In this document: in pieces, positions 1 to 10,435 of the stretch | Numbering within the stretch: position 1 is the stretch's first letter | Layout of the letters: every line of letters starts with the position of its first letter | Assembly (NCBI GenBank): GCA_965232515.1 | Contig: CBDDPY010000002.1 | Coordinates: 3,936,001-4,000,000 of the forward strand | Direction of reading: 5' to 3' | Length of the DNA: 64,000 bases | Source of the DNA: Alphaproteobacteria bacterium | GTDB lineage: Bacteria; Pseudomonadota; Alphaproteobacteria; GCA-2731375 | Made by a program: the position numbers and the translations under genes | Notes under the pieces: model-generated | Told to the model about the DNA's origin: nothing | The model's database searches: none | What the model saw: the letters and a program-made list of their open reading frames with translations, nothing else

Positions 1-2
1 AC

Positions 3-932
3 GGCGTTTCCTTCACCATCAACAGCGGCGAAACGCTGGCCGTGGTCGGCGAGTCCGGCAGCGGCAAGAGCGTCACCGCCCTGTCGATCCTCCGGTTGCT
101 GGCCATGCCGCCGGCGCGGATCGCCAGCGGCCGGATTCTCTACCGGGGGCAGGACCTGCTGACGCTCTCCGACGCCGAGATGCGGGACATCCGCGGCAAC
201 ATCATCTCGATGATCTTTCAGGAGCCGATGACGTCCCTCGATCCGGTCATGACCGTCGGCAGGCAGATCGCCGAATCCATCCGGCTGCACCAGGGCGTTT
301 CCACGAGAGAGGCGCTCGAGCGCGCGGTCACGGCGCTCGATCTGGTGGGTATTCCCGCGCCGGCCCAGCGCGCGAGAGAATATCCGCACCAGCTCTCCGG
401 CGGCATGCGGCAGCGCGTGATGATCGCCATGGCGATGGCCTGCAATCCGCGGCTGCTGATCGCCGACGAGCCGACCACGGCGCTCGACGTGACGATTCAG
501 GCGCAGATCCTGAACCTCATGCTCGACCTGAAAGAGCGCATGGGCACGGCGATCATTCTGATCACCCATGACCTCGGCGTCGTCGCCGAGGTGGCCCAGC
601 GGGTGGTGGTGATGTATGCCGGCCGCGTGGTCGAGGAAAGCACGGTCGGCCTGCTGTTCACGCGGCCCATGCACCCCTACACCGTCGGCCTGCTGGGCTC
701 GGTGCCGCGTCTCTTCAGCTCGCTCGAAACCGACGGCGGCGAGGACCGTCTGCAGGAGATTTCCGGCAACGTGCCGTCGATGCGCGAGGAGATCAAAGGC
801 TGCGCGTTCGCACCGCGCTGCGGTTACGCGACCGAGCGCTGCCGGCAGGACGCGCCGCCGCTGGAGGAGAAGCAGCCCGGCCACCGCGCCGCCTGCTGGG
901 AAAGCCACCGGCTGCCGGATCGCCATGCCTGA
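3..932 (+). CDS. Oligopeptide/dipeptide ABC transporter ATP-binding subunit (OppD/DppD-like), 5' truncated by window edge
   Basis: Walker A GESGSGKS, signature LSGGMRQR, Walker B LIADEPT, C-terminal Cys-rich oligopeptide-ABC tail; frame is open to the window start. Confidence 0.93.
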   Translation, partial: GVSFTINSGETLAVVGESGSGKSVTALSILRLLAMPPARIASGRILYRGQDLLTLSDAEMRDIRGNIISMIFQEPMTSLDPVMTVGRQIAESIRLHQGVSTREALERAVTALDLVGIPAPAQRAREYPHQLSGGMRQRVMIAMAMACNPRLLIADEPTTALDVTIQAQILNLMLDLKERMGTAIILITHDLGVVAEVAQRVVVMYAGRVVEESTVGLLFTRPMHPYTVGLLGSVPRLFSSLETDGGEDRLQEISGNVPSMREEIKGCAFAPRCGYATERCRQDAPPLEEKQPGHRAACWESHRLPDRHA

Positions 933-1944
933 GGTAGCCGCCGGTGTCCCATCAGACAGTGCGCGCACGGTGCTCGATGTCCGCGACCTCGCCATGCACT
1001 TTCCGGTCAAGCACGGCCTGTTCGGACGCGTCTCCGGTCACGTCTATGCCGTGGACGGCGTGTCCTTCTCGATCCGCGAGGGTGAAACCCTGGGCGTGGT
1101 CGGTGAAAGCGGCTGCGGCAAGACCACGCTGGGCAAGACCGTGCTCCGCCTGCTGTCGCCGACCGCGGGTCGGATCGTGCTGCGGGGCGAGGACATCACC
1201 CGCAAGTCGGACCGGGAAATGCGCGAGCAGCGCCGGCAGATGCAGATGGTGTTCCAGGACCCCTACGCTTCGCTCAACCCGCGCATGACCTGCGGCCGGA
1301 TCGTCGCCGAGCCGCTGGAGATCTACGGCCTGGCCTCGGGCCGGGAGAAAGACGACCTGATCACCGCGCTGTTCGAGCGCGTCGGCCTGACCGCGGAACA
1401 GAAGGCGCGTTATCCGCACCAGCTTTCCGGCGGCCAGCGTCAACGGCTCGGCATCGCCCGGGCACTGGCGTTGAATCCCAGCCTCATCATCGCCGACGAA
1501 CCGGTTTCCGCGCTCGACGTCTCGGTGCAGGCCCAGGTCATCAACCTGCTGCGGGATCTGCAGCGCGACTCCAACCTTGCCTATCTCTTCATCTCCCACG
1601 ACCTCGCCGTGGTCGAGCATATCAGCCACCGCATCGCGGTGATGTATCTGGGCAAGGTCGTCGAGATCGCCGAGAAGCGGGCGCTGTTCGCATCGCCCCT
1701 GCATCCCTATTCAGAAGCCCTGCTGTCGGCCGTGCCGGTGCCGGACCCGCATGCCAGGCGCGAGCGGATCATTCTTCGCGGCGACGTGCCGAGCCCGGTC
1801 AACCCGCCGTCCGGCTGCGCCTTCCACACCCGCTGCCCCTACGCCACGGATATCTGCCGCGCGGAAGTGCCGGCATTGAAAGAAATCAGCGACGGCCATT
1901 TCGCCGCCTGCCATCTGCGCGAGCCCGCCGCGCCGAACGGATAA
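925..1944 (+). CDS. Oligopeptide/dipeptide ABC transporter ATP-binding subunit (OppF/DppF-like)
   Basis: [40 protein letters not shown]; start placed at ATG 925, overlapping the upstream stop. Confidence 0.93.
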   Translation: MPEVAAGVPSDSARTVLDVRDLAMHFPVKHGLFGRVSGHVYAVDGVSFSIREGETLGVVGESGCGKTTLGKTVLRLLSPTAGRIVLRGEDITRKSDREMREQRRQMQMVFQDPYASLNPRMTCGRIVAEPLEIYGLASGREKDDLITALFERVGLTAEQKARYPHQLSGGQRQRLGIARALALNPSLIIADEPVSALDVSVQAQVINLLRDLQRDSNLAYLFISHDLAVVEHISHRIAVMYLGKVVEIAEKRALFASPLHPYSEALLSAVPVPDPHARRERIILRGDVPSPVNPPSGCAFHTRCPYATDICRAEVPALKEISDGHFAACHLREPAAPNG

Positions 1945-1966
1945 CGTCGAGGAACTGGAGCATCAG

Positions 1967-3628
1967 GTGAGCGAGACTAAATTCACGGCCGACACCATCG
2001 CCGCGGCGGAACAGCTACTCGGCATCGCCTATACGCCTGCCGAGCGCGAACTCATGCTGAACAATCTGGACGGCCAAATCGAAGCCGCGCAGGCGCGCCG
2101 CAAGCTTGTCTTCCCGAACGACCTGCCGCCGGCGAGCCGGTTCGACCCGCGCCTGCCGGGGGCCCGGCCGTCGGCGCCGCAGCGGCCGCTGGTGCGCTCG
2201 GACCGCGATGCCGGGCCGCTGCCGGACTCGGACGAGGACATCGCCTTCGCGCCGGTCAGCGACCTGTCACGCTGGATCGAGTCCGGCGCGCTGACCAGCC
2301 GCCGCCTGACCGACATCTATCTCGATCGGATCGAGACCTATGCCGAAAGGCTCGAATGCATCGTCACGGTGACATCAGATCTGGCCCGCGCCCAGGCCGA
2401 CGCCGCCGACGCGCTACTGCGCGCCGGCACCTATCTCGGCCCGCTGCACGGCATTCCCTACGGCCTGAAGGATCTGTTCGACACCAAGGGCATCCTCAGC
2501 ACCTGGGGCGCCGAGCCGTTCAACACCCGCGTGCCCGAGAGCGACGCCCATATCGTCGACCTTCTGCGCGCCGCCGGCGCCGTGCTCGTCGCCAAGACCA
2601 CGCTCGGCGCGCTGGCCTACGGCGACATCTGGTTCGGCGGCAAGACACGCAACCCGTGGAACCTGAACGAAGGCTCGAGCGGTTCCAGCGCCGGTTCGGC
2701 GTCCGCTACCGCCGCCGGCCTGGTCGGTTTCAGCATTGGCACCGAGACGCTGGGCTCGATCACCTCGCCCAGCCAGCGCTGCGGCACCACCGGCCTGCGC
2801 CCCACCTTCGGCCGCGTCTCGCGGGCCGGCGGCATGGCGCTCTGCTGGTCGCTCGACAAGGTCGGGCCGATCTGCCGCTCGGTCGAGGACACCGCCCTCG
2901 TGCTCGCCGCCATCAACGGCCATGACTCGCGCGACCTTGGCTCGCTCGACGCGCCGTTCAACTTCGACGCCGGCCGGTCGCTCGCGGGCGTTCGCCTCGG
3001 CTATGACCCGGCCTGGTTCGAGGACGACGGCGCCACCGATGTCGACCGCGCCGCGCTCCAGGCGGCGCGGCGGATCGGCGTCGAGCTGGTCGAGATATCG
3101 CTCCCGAACCTGCCCTACGGTTCATTGATCGCCATCCTGTTCGCCGAGGCGGCGGCCAGCTTCGAGGAGCTGACGCTCAGCGACCGCGACGACGAGCTGG
3201 GCTGGCAGGACCCGGGCGCCTGGCCCAACGCCTTCCGCAAGGCGCGCCTGCTCTCGGCGGTCGATCACGTCCAACTCGATCGCCTGCGCTATCGCACGAT
3301 GCAGGAGATGGATCGGCTGTTCGGCCAGGTCGATGCACTGATCGGCCCGTTCATGGTCGGCCCGATGCTGGTGGTCAGCAACTTCACCGGCCATCCCTGC
3401 CTGCACCTGCGCGCCGGCTTCGAGCGGCACAAGACCCGGTCCGACCCGTCGCTCGCCGGCGGCAAACTCGACATCGGCGACGAGGAGACCGATGCGCCCG
3501 CGTTCGAGGTGCCCCAGGGCATCTCGCTCTGGGCCGGTCTGTTCGACGAAGGCCTGCTGTGCAACCTCGGCCTGGCGCTCGAAGCCGAGCTCGGCGCCGC
3601 CGCGCGCCGCCCGACCTTCGCCGAATAG
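1967..3628 (+). CDS. Amidase signature family protein
   Basis: GPLHGIPYGLKDLF (catalytic Lys), GSSGSSAGS, GTETLGSI (Ser nucleophile); RBS GGAG upstream. Confidence 0.92.
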   Translation: MSETKFTADTIAAAEQLLGIAYTPAERELMLNNLDGQIEAAQARRKLVFPNDLPPASRFDPRLPGARPSAPQRPLVRSDRDAGPLPDSDEDIAFAPVSDLSRWIESGALTSRRLTDIYLDRIETYAERLECIVTVTSDLARAQADAADALLRAGTYLGPLHGIPYGLKDLFDTKGILSTWGAEPFNTRVPESDAHIVDLLRAAGAVLVAKTTLGALAYGDIWFGGKTRNPWNLNEGSSGSSAGSASATAAGLVGFSIGTETLGSITSPSQRCGTTGLRPTFGRVSRAGGMALCWSLDKVGPICRSVEDTALVLAAINGHDSRDLGSLDAPFNFDAGRSLAGVRLGYDPAWFEDDGATDVDRAALQAARRIGVELVEISLPNLPYGSLIAILFAEAAASFEELTLSDRDDELGWQDPGAWPNAFRKARLLSAVDHVQLDRLRYRTMQEMDRLFGQVDALIGPFMVGPMLVVSNFTGHPCLHLRAGFERHKTRSDPSLAGGKLDIGDEETDAPAFEVPQGISLWAGLFDEGLLCNLGLALEAELGAAARRPTFAE

Positions 3629-3638
3629 GCCGACGGGT

Positions 3639-3851
3639 CTATTCCGGCTTCTTCTCCGTCTCGCTCTCCGGTGCCGCCTTGCGTTCACCGAAGAGCACGA
3701 AATTGCCGTCCTTGCCGCTGAACAGCCCGGGCCCGGGCTGGATGTCGTGCGGCTCGGTGTAGTCGATCGGCTTGACGTTGCCGCAGGCCGAGAGCGCGAC
3801 CAACAGTACGGCGGCCAGCAATATCGGGGATGAATAAAGCCACCGCGTCAT
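3639..3851 (-). CDS. Small lipoprotein, unknown function
   Basis: MTRWLYSSPILLAAVLLVALSAC signal peptide with lipobox LSAC; core PGPGLFSGKDGNFVLF. Confidence 0.7.
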   Translation of the reverse strand: MTRWLYSSPILLAAVLLVALSACGNVKPIDYTEPHDIQPGPGLFSGKDGNFVLFGERKAAPESETEKKPE

Positions 3852-3931
3852 CCGCCCATCCGTACGGAAATCGACCCCATCGTCGGGTCGTCTGATCAAT
3901 CTAGTTCGCATCCGGCAAGTCCCCCATCCGC

Positions 3932-5746
3932 TCAGACGAGCGCGTTGAAGTCGTCGAGCATGGCGGCGATGCGGCCGGGATCGGCCTGTTCCATGACGCT
4001 CGCCGACCGGCGCACCGCTTCCGCCACCCGGAGCTTGCGGATGCGGCGCTTGACGCGCGGCAGGTTCAGCGCCGACATCGACAGGTCGCGCAGGCCCAGG
4101 CCCAGCAGCAGCGCCGTATAGCGGGGATCGCCCGCCATCTCGCCGCAGAGATTGACCGGGATGCGGGCCCGGAGCGCCGCCTCGGTGGCGAACTGCAGCA
4201 GCCGCAGCACGGCCGGGTGCAGCGGATCGTAGAGATGCGCCACCTGCTCGTTGCCGCGGTCGATGGCGAGCGTGTACATGGTCAGGTCGTTGGTGCCGAT
4301 CGAGAAGAAATCCGACGCGAAGGCCAGGCTGTCGGCGGCCAGCGCCGCCGCCGGCGTCTCGATCATCACACCGAGCGGCGGCAGCGGATCGGCGATCGCC
4401 ACGCGCCGGCGGCGCAGCCGGCGCGCCACCTTGTCCATGGCCTCGCGCACCTGCCGCACCTCGGCGGCGCCGGTGACCATGGGCAGCAGGATGCGCAGAG
4501 GACCGTGCGCGCCGGCGCGCAGGATGGCGGCAAGCTGCGTCTCCAGCAACGGCCGGACCTTCAGCGACAGGCGGATAGCGCGCAGGCCCAATGCCGGGTT
4601 CGCCGCGTCGCCCAGATGCTCGCCCAGCGAATAGGCCAGCTTGTCGCCGCCGACGTCCAGCGTGCGCACGGTCACCGGCCGGCCGCCCAGGCCCTCGACG
4701 ATCAGCCGCAGCGCACGATACTGCTCGTCTTCGTCCGGCAGGTCCTCGCGGTTCATGTACAGGAATTCGCTGCGCAGCAGGCCGACGCCCTCGGCCCCGA
4801 CCCGCATAGCCGATTCCAGCTCCGACGGCAGCTCCATGTTGACCTGCAGCGAGACCGTGACCCCGTCCTGGCTCTCGGCCTTCAGGTTCTTCAGCCGCGC
4901 CAGCACGCGCTCTTCCTTGCGCAGCTCCTCGGCGCGGGCGCGATAGCGCCGCTCGGTCTCGGGCGTCGGATTGACCACCAGCCGGCCGTTGACCCCGTCG
5001 ACGATCACGGTGTCGCCCGCCCGCACGCTGGCCAGAATCTCCGGCACGCCGAGCACGGCCGGCAGGCCGAGCGAGCGCGCCATGATCGCGGTATGGCCCT
5101 CGGCACCGCCCAGCGCCGTCGCGAAACCGCCTACCCGCCGCGGGTCCATGGCCGCGGTGTCGGCCGGCGTCAATTCCTCGGCGATGACGATGGCGCCGGC
5201 CGGCAGATTGCCGAAGCCCTGATAGGGCGCCTGCGACAGGTTGCGGATCAGCCGCGCGCCGACGTCGCGAATGTCCTGCATGCGCGAGGCGATGTAGGGA
5301 TCCTCGATGCGCGCGAACTCGGCCGCCACCTTGCGGATCGCGGCCTGCACCGCGGCCTCGGCGTTGATCCTGCGCTCGGCGATGTGCTGTTCGATGCCGC
5401 GGATCAGGCGCGAGCCCGAGAGGATCTGCAGATTGGCCTCCAGCAGATAGCCCAGGTCCTCGCCCGCGGCGCCTTCCAACATACCGGCCTTCGCCTGCAG
5501 CTTGCGGATCTGCCGGCGCGAGGTCTCGACGGCGGCCTCGACCCGCGCGGTCTCTGCCGCGACGGCGTCGGCCGCAATGCCGTATTCCGGCACCTGCAGC
5601 ATGCCCGGCTCGACCAGATGCGCCGGCCCGATGGCGATGCCGGGCGACACGCCCAGTCCGTCGAGACGCCGTTCCCCGCCCGTCTCTGCCGGGCGTCCCG
5701 GCGAATCGTCAGAAGGCGCCCTCGGAATGTTGTCGTCAGTCTTCAT
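3932..5746 (-). CDS. ptsI: PEP-protein phosphotransferase (PTS enzyme I), no N-terminal GAF domain
   Basis: GGAEGHTAIMARSLG phospho-His motif, GVGLLRSEFLY, NPALGLRAIR, DFFSIGTNDL, CGEMAGDP. Confidence 0.95.
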   Translation of the reverse strand: MKTDDNIPRAPSDDSPGRPAETGGERRLDGLGVSPGIAIGPAHLVEPGMLQVPEYGIAADAVAAETARVEAAVETSRRQIRKLQAKAGMLEGAAGEDLGYLLEANLQILSGSRLIRGIEQHIAERRINAEAAVQAAIRKVAAEFARIEDPYIASRMQDIRDVGARLIRNLSQAPYQGFGNLPAGAIVIAEELTPADTAAMDPRRVGGFATALGGAEGHTAIMARSLGLPAVLGVPEILASVRAGDTVIVDGVNGRLVVNPTPETERRYRARAEELRKEERVLARLKNLKAESQDGVTVSLQVNMELPSELESAMRVGAEGVGLLRSEFLYMNREDLPDEDEQYRALRLIVEGLGGRPVTVRTLDVGGDKLAYSLGEHLGDAANPALGLRAIRLSLKVRPLLETQLAAILRAGAHGPLRILLPMVTGAAEVRQVREAMDKVARRLRRRRVAIADPLPPLGVMIETPAAALAADSLAFASDFFSIGTNDLTMYTLAIDRGNEQVAHLYDPLHPAVLRLLQFATEAALRARIPVNLCGEMAGDPRYTALLLGLGLRDLSMSALNLPRVKRRIRKLRVAEAVRRSASVMEQADPGRIAAMLDDFNALV

Positions 5747-6041
5747 CGAACTTGTTGGCGATCAATGTGCAGATCGCGGTCACGGCGGCCGCCGCCTCCG
5801 GCCCGGTCGCCGCGAGAGCGATATCGGATCCGGGCGACGCCGCCAGCATCATCAGTCCCATGATCGACCGTCCCGATACCGACATGTCGGCCTTGGTGAC
5901 GATGATCTCGGCGTCGAACCGTTCGGCGCATTTGACGAACTTCGCCGCCGCCCGCGCATGCAGGCCACGCTGATTAACGATCGTGGCCGTGCGGCGGACC
6001 GGAACCGCCGCACCGTCCACCTCTCCGTCATCCGCCGTCAC
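5736..6041 (-). CDS. ptsH: HPr/NPr phosphocarrier protein
   Basis: NQRGLHARAAAKFV (His15) and SIMGLMML (Ser46) motifs. Confidence 0.95.
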   Translation of the reverse strand: MTADDGEVDGAAVPVRRTATIVNQRGLHARAAAKFVKCAERFDAEIIVTKADMSVSGRSIMGLMMLAASPGSDIALAATGPEAAAAVTAICTLIANKFDED

Positions 6042-6445
6042 TTGCTGTCGCCGGCCAACAGGCGTGAAGCGACGTTGATGTATTTACGGCCCGATTCCTG
6101 CGCCTGCGCGATGGCGTCGCTCAGGCTCTCGGTCTGCCGCACCGTCGCCAGCTTGATCAGCATCGGCAGGTTCATGCCGGCGATCACCTCGACATTGCCC
6201 TTGTCCAGGATCGAGATCGCCAGATTCGACGGCGTGCCGCCGAACATGTCGGTCAACAGGATCACGCCGTCGCCGTTGTCGACCTCGTCGCAGGCCGCCA
6301 GGATCTCGTTCCGGCGCTGCTCCATGTCGTCATCGGGGCCGATGCAGACCGCCTTGATCGCCTCTTGCGGGCCGACGACATGCTCGGTCGCGGCGATGAA
6401 CTCCTCGGCCAGCCGGCCATGCGTCACCAGCACCATGCCAATCAT
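6038..6445 (-). CDS. manX: PTS EIIA mannose/fructose-type component
   Basis: MIGMVLVTHGRLAEE, TDMFGGTPSN, GMNLPMLIK. Confidence 0.93.
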   Translation of the reverse strand: MIGMVLVTHGRLAEEFIAATEHVVGPQEAIKAVCIGPDDDMEQRRNEILAACDEVDNGDGVILLTDMFGGTPSNLAISILDKGNVEVIAGMNLPMLIKLATVRQTESLSDAIAQAQESGRKYINVASRLLAGDSK

Positions 6446-6458
6446 GTCGAAGCCTCGT

Positions 6459-7385
6459 TCATGTCGTTTTTTCGTTCTCGCCGGGCGGCAGATCGCGGTG
6501 CCGGAGCACGATCTCGCGGCCGGCGGCGCGCAGGCGCTCGGCCAGCTGCTCGGCGACGAACACCGAACGGTGCCGCCCGCCCGTACAGCCGATGGCCAAG
6601 GTCAGATAGCTCTTCCCCTCGCGCTGGTAATGCGGCAGCAGCGACGTCAGCATGTCGACCAGTGTTTGCAGGAACGGCGCAAAGGCAACGTCTTTCGCGA
6701 TGTAGTCGCCGACGCCGGCGTCGCGGCCGGTCAGCGGCCTTAGATCGTAGACATAATGCGGATTGCTGAGAAAGCGGACATCGAATACCAGGTCGGCCTC
6801 GCGCGGCAGTCCCCGGCGGAACGAGAACGACTGTACCGAGATCGTCATGGCGCCGGCCTGCTCGAGGCGGAAATGGCCGGTCAGCAGGTTGCGCAGCTCG
6901 ACCGGGCTCAGCGTCGAGGTATCGATCACCAGATCGGCCCGGTCGGCGACCGGCGCCATCAACGCGCGTTCGCGGCGGATGCCGTCCAGCACCGGCCGGT
7001 CGTCGGCCAGCGGATGCCGGCGCCGCGTTTCCGTGAAACGCCGGCTCAAGACGTCCTGCTCGCAATCGAGAAAGAGCACGCGCAGCTCGATATCCTCACG
7101 GGCCGTCAGCGCGTCCACCTGCGAGAAGAAGCTGTCGGCGCCGAAGTCGCGGGTCCGGAAGTCGACGCTGATGGCGATGGCCTCGCCCTGGCCGTTGCTG
7201 TCGTCGGCGTCGAGCAACGGTCCGATCAGCGACAGCGGCAGGTTGTCGACCGCCTCGTAGCCCAGGTCCTCGAACATCTTCAGCGCCAAAGACTTGCCGG
7301 CCCCCGACAGGCCGGTCACCAGCAGCACGCGCAGGCGCGCGGGCTGGCCGTCGGCGAGGTCGGGCGGTGCGGAACCTGTTGCCAT
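6459..7385 (-). CDS. rapZ: RNase adapter RapZ (P-loop protein)
   Basis: GLSGAGKS, VDNLP, FTETRRRHPL, DVRFLSNPHY, IGCTGGRHRSV. Confidence 0.95.
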   Translation of the reverse strand: MATGSAPPDLADGQPARLRVLLVTGLSGAGKSLALKMFEDLGYEAVDNLPLSLIGPLLDADDSNGQGEAIAISVDFRTRDFGADSFFSQVDALTAREDIELRVLFLDCEQDVLSRRFTETRRRHPLADDRPVLDGIRRERALMAPVADRADLVIDTSTLSPVELRNLLTGHFRLEQAGAMTISVQSFSFRRGLPREADLVFDVRFLSNPHYVYDLRPLTGRDAGVGDYIAKDVAFAPFLQTLVDMLTSLLPHYQREGKSYLTLAIGCTGGRHRSVFVAEQLAERLRAAGREIVLRHRDLPPGENEKTT

Positions 7386-7831
7386 CAGACGCGGATTATA
7401 TCGCCCTCGGCGGCCCGTACTACCAGGCGAAGCTTTGCCGCGGCGGAAATCTCGAATGCGCTCAGCCGCATCAACGGCAGCGAGATGCCCTCGTAGCTGC
7501 AGGTCTCAAGCGTCGGCATGCGCTCGACCTCGCGCGGCGGCACCAGATCGACGACAAGTCCCAGCCGCGCCGTTTCGACGCATGGGACGCGCACGACCCC
7601 GACGCCGCGCACCTCCATCAGACCGGCGATGGCCTCGGGCGCCGAAGCCCAGACCGCGCCGTCCCGCGCCGCCAGCTCCACCTGATCGTCCGAAACCAGC
7701 CTAGCGCCGCCGTTGCCGGTCTCGTCGTCAATCAGCCGCAGCGCCAGGTCGGACTTGCCGCTGCCGGACGGGCCGCGCAGCAGCACCGCGGCCGCGCCAA
7801 GATCGATACAGGTACCGTGAACTCGAACCAT
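7385..7831 (-). CDS. hprK: Short alphaproteobacterial HPr kinase/phosphorylase
   Basis: VHGTC, GPSGSGKSDLALRL, LVSDDQV, MEVRGVG; position between chvG and rapZ. Confidence 0.9.
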   Translation of the reverse strand: MVRVHGTCIDLGAAAVLLRGPSGSGKSDLALRLIDDETGNGGARLVSDDQVELAARDGAVWASAPEAIAGLMEVRGVGVVRVPCVETARLGLVVDLVPPREVERMPTLETCSYEGISLPLMRLSAFEISAAAKLRLVVRAAEGDIIRV

Positions 7832-7897
7832 CGCCAGAAATTGCGTTGCCAAAGCGCCGCGGTCAACGCCCGCATGAACAATCTTGCCCCGGCGGCA

Positions 7898-9553
7898 TTA
7901 CAGCGGCAGCCGGACGATGAAGCGGGCGCCTTTGACCTGGCCATCGGCGTCCCGCCGGTTTTCCGCGTGGATCCGGCCACCATGCGCCTCGACGATCTGC
8001 CGGGCGATCGACAGGCCCAGGCCGGAATGCTGGCCGAACGCCTCGCCGGCCGGCCGGTGGCTGTAGAACCGCTCGAAGATCCGCTCCGCCATATCGTCCG
8101 GCAGACCGGGGCCGTCGTCCTCGACGGTCAGAACGGCCTCGCTCCCGCCGCGCGACAGGCCGAGGCGGATCACGCCGTCGTCGGGACTGAAAGAAACCGC
8201 GTTGCTGACCAGATTATCGACCACCTGGCCAAGCCGGCCGGGCACGCCCTCCACCACCAACGGATCTGCCGGGGTCTGCAACTCGAACCGCGGCTTGCCG
8301 CCGCCGCGGTCCTGATGCACGTGGATGACGGTCTCCAAGAGCCGGGTCAGATCGACCGGTTCCGCCGTCGCGCGCGCCAGCTCGGCATCGACCCGCGAGG
8401 CGTTGGAGATGTCGCTGATCAGGCGGTCGAGCCGACCGACGTCCTCCTCGATTACCGTCAGCAGCCGGCCACGCTGGCTCTCGTCCTTGGCCAGCGCCAG
8501 CGATTCCACGGCGCTGCGCAGCGACGTCAGCGGGTTCTTGATCTCATGCGCGACGTCGGCGGCGAAGGCGCCAATGGCGTCGAGCCGCAGGTAGAAGGCG
8601 TTGGTCATGTCGCCGAGCGCGCCCGACAGGTCGCCGATCTCGTCGCCGCGGTCGCGGAAATCCGGGATCTGCACCCGCTGACCGCGCCAGCGGCGCACCT
8701 GATCGGCCGCCTGCGCCAGCCGGCGCACCGGACGCGCGATGGTGCCGGCGAGAAAGATCGACAGCAGCACGGTCACCGCCAGCGCCAGGACGAAGACCTG
8801 GATGATCGCCACCCGCACGCTGCGCACGCTCTCCTCGATGTCGGCGCTGTCGGTGGACAGCACCAGCGCCCCCAGCACCTGCCGCAACTGCTGCACCGGC
8901 ACGGCGACGGTGATGATCAGCGAGCCGTCATGATCGGACCGGACGGCCCCGCCGAATTCCCCGCCGAGGGCGCCGAGCGCTTCCGGCAGGTCGCCGGCGC
9001 TCTGGATCGGCCGCGGATCCCGACGCGGAAACCGGTCGCCGCTCGGCAGGCGCGGCAGGATCCAGTCGTAGACGCCCGACAGCACGTCGATCACGGCGTC
9101 GCCCTGACCCGGCGGCGGCAGATACTTCAGCTGCACATGCCGGCCGGCCGCGACCAGCTCGCGACTGTCGGCGACGAGATCGCCGCCGACGTCGAACAGC
9201 CGCGCCCGCGTGCGCGTCGGAACCGTCAGCCGGCGGATCAGCCGCTGGGCCACCTCGACGTCGAGCCGGACCGCTTCCGGCGGACCGGCCAGCGCGGACT
9301 CGCCGAGCGCGCCGGCAATGATCTCGCCCTGGGTCTGCAAGGCCGCGATCTTGGCGTCGATCAGGCCGTCGCGGTACTGGTCGAGATAGAGCACGCCACC
9401 AACCAGAATACCCAGCGCCAGCACGTTGGGCGCCAGGATGCGCAGGCTGAGGGTCGAGAACCGCCGGCGCGACGGCGCGCCGCCCTCGGCCGCCGCCGCG
9501 GGGTCCGGTGCTTCCACCGAGGGTCGGGGACCGGGATAGCCGAGAACCGCCAT
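7898..9553 (-). CDS. chvG: Sensor histidine kinase ChvG/ExoS/BvrS
   Basis: LYLDQYRDGLIDAKI sensor start, HAMP, FAADVAHEIKNPLTSLRSAVE H-box, DDGPG, GQHSGLGLSI; synteny with chvI-hprK. Confidence 0.93.
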   Translation of the reverse strand: MAVLGYPGPRPSVEAPDPAAAAEGGAPSRRRFSTLSLRILAPNVLALGILVGGVLYLDQYRDGLIDAKIAALQTQGEIIAGALGESALAGPPEAVRLDVEVAQRLIRRLTVPTRTRARLFDVGGDLVADSRELVAAGRHVQLKYLPPPGQGDAVIDVLSGVYDWILPRLPSGDRFPRRDPRPIQSAGDLPEALGALGGEFGGAVRSDHDGSLIITVAVPVQQLRQVLGALVLSTDSADIEESVRSVRVAIIQVFVLALAVTVLLSIFLAGTIARPVRRLAQAADQVRRWRGQRVQIPDFRDRGDEIGDLSGALGDMTNAFYLRLDAIGAFAADVAHEIKNPLTSLRSAVESLALAKDESQRGRLLTVIEEDVGRLDRLISDISNASRVDAELARATAEPVDLTRLLETVIHVHQDRGGGKPRFELQTPADPLVVEGVPGRLGQVVDNLVSNAVSFSPDDGVIRLGLSRGGSEAVLTVEDDGPGLPDDMAERIFERFYSHRPAGEAFGQHSGLGLSIARQIVEAHGGRIHAENRRDADGQVKGARFIVRLPL

Positions 9554-9573
9554 GTCGCGAGCCGCCCGGCCCG

Positions 9574-10281
9574 TCAGGCCTCCTGGTAGCGGTAGCCGAG
9601 GCCGTAGAGCGTCTCGATGGCCGAGAACTGCTCGTCGACGGCCTTGAACTTCCGGCGCAGGCGCTTGATGTGGCTGTCGATGGTGCGGTCGTCGACATAG
9701 ACGTTGTCGTCATAGGCCGCGTCCATCAGCTGGTCGCGCGTCTTGACGTGGCCCGGCCGCATAGCCAGCGACTGCAGGATCAGGAACTCGGTGACCGTCA
9801 GCTGCACCGGCTCGCCATGCCAGGTGCATTCGTGCCGGGCTGGATCGAGGCTGAGCCCGCCCCGCACCAGCACTTTGCCGCCGTTCGCTTCGGCCTCTTC
9901 CGTCGGCGCTCCCGCCAGCTCCGCCCGCCGCAGCACGGCCCGGATGCGCTCGATCAGCAGCCGCTGCGAGAAGGGTTTACGGATGTAGTCGTCGGCGCCC
10001 ATTTTCAGGCCCAGGACCTCGTCGATCTCGTCGTCCTTCGAGGTCAGGAAGATGACCGGCAACTGGCTGGTCCGGCGCAGCCGGCCGAGCAGCTCCATGC
10101 CGTCCATGCCTGGCATCTTGATGTCGAGCACCGCGAGATCGGGCGGCCGCTGCTCGAAGCCCTGCAGAGCGGCGGCGCCGTCGGTGAACGTCGCGACATT
10201 GAAGCCCTCGGCCTCCAATGCGATCTGCACGGATGTCAGGATATTGCGATCGTCATCGACGAGAGCGATTGTTGGCGCCAC
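9574..10281 (-). CDS. chvI: OmpR-family response regulator ChvI/BvrR
   Basis: [51 protein letters not shown]; GTG start with GAGGAG RBS. Confidence 0.95.
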   Translation of the reverse strand: MAPTIALVDDDRNILTSVQIALEAEGFNVATFTDGAAALQGFEQRPPDLAVLDIKMPGMDGMELLGRLRRTSQLPVIFLTSKDDEIDEVLGLKMGADDYIRKPFSQRLLIERIRAVLRRAELAGAPTEEAEANGGKVLVRGGLSLDPARHECTWHGEPVQLTVTEFLILQSLAMRPGHVKTRDQLMDAAYDDNVYVDDRTIDSHIKRLRRKFKAVDEQFSAIETLYGLGYRYQEA

Positions 10282-10347
10282 AGCCGTCCACTCCTCTGCC
10301 CCCCTTACGGGCATGGGACCAATTGATCGCATATTTTTGCACCAATG

Positions 10348-10366
10348 TGGCGGTTTCGAGGCGGCA
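10348..10366 (-). promoter_or_regulatory. Possible ChvI autoregulatory site (GCC-N8-GCC direct repeat)
   Basis: Minus strand TGCCGCCTCGAAACCGCCA, a CCGCC direct repeat with 11-bp period about 70 bp upstream of chvI; weak evidence in a GC-rich genome. Confidence 0.35.
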
Positions 10367-10435
10367 TGTGTCGTTATGTTGTCAGGACAGAAGGCATATC
10401 GGGACATTGAATAGGAATAATATTCTATGTCCCAG

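Noticed and set aside
7367-9589. 740-aa plus-strand ORF
   Set aside because: Antisense shadow of hprK and chvG.
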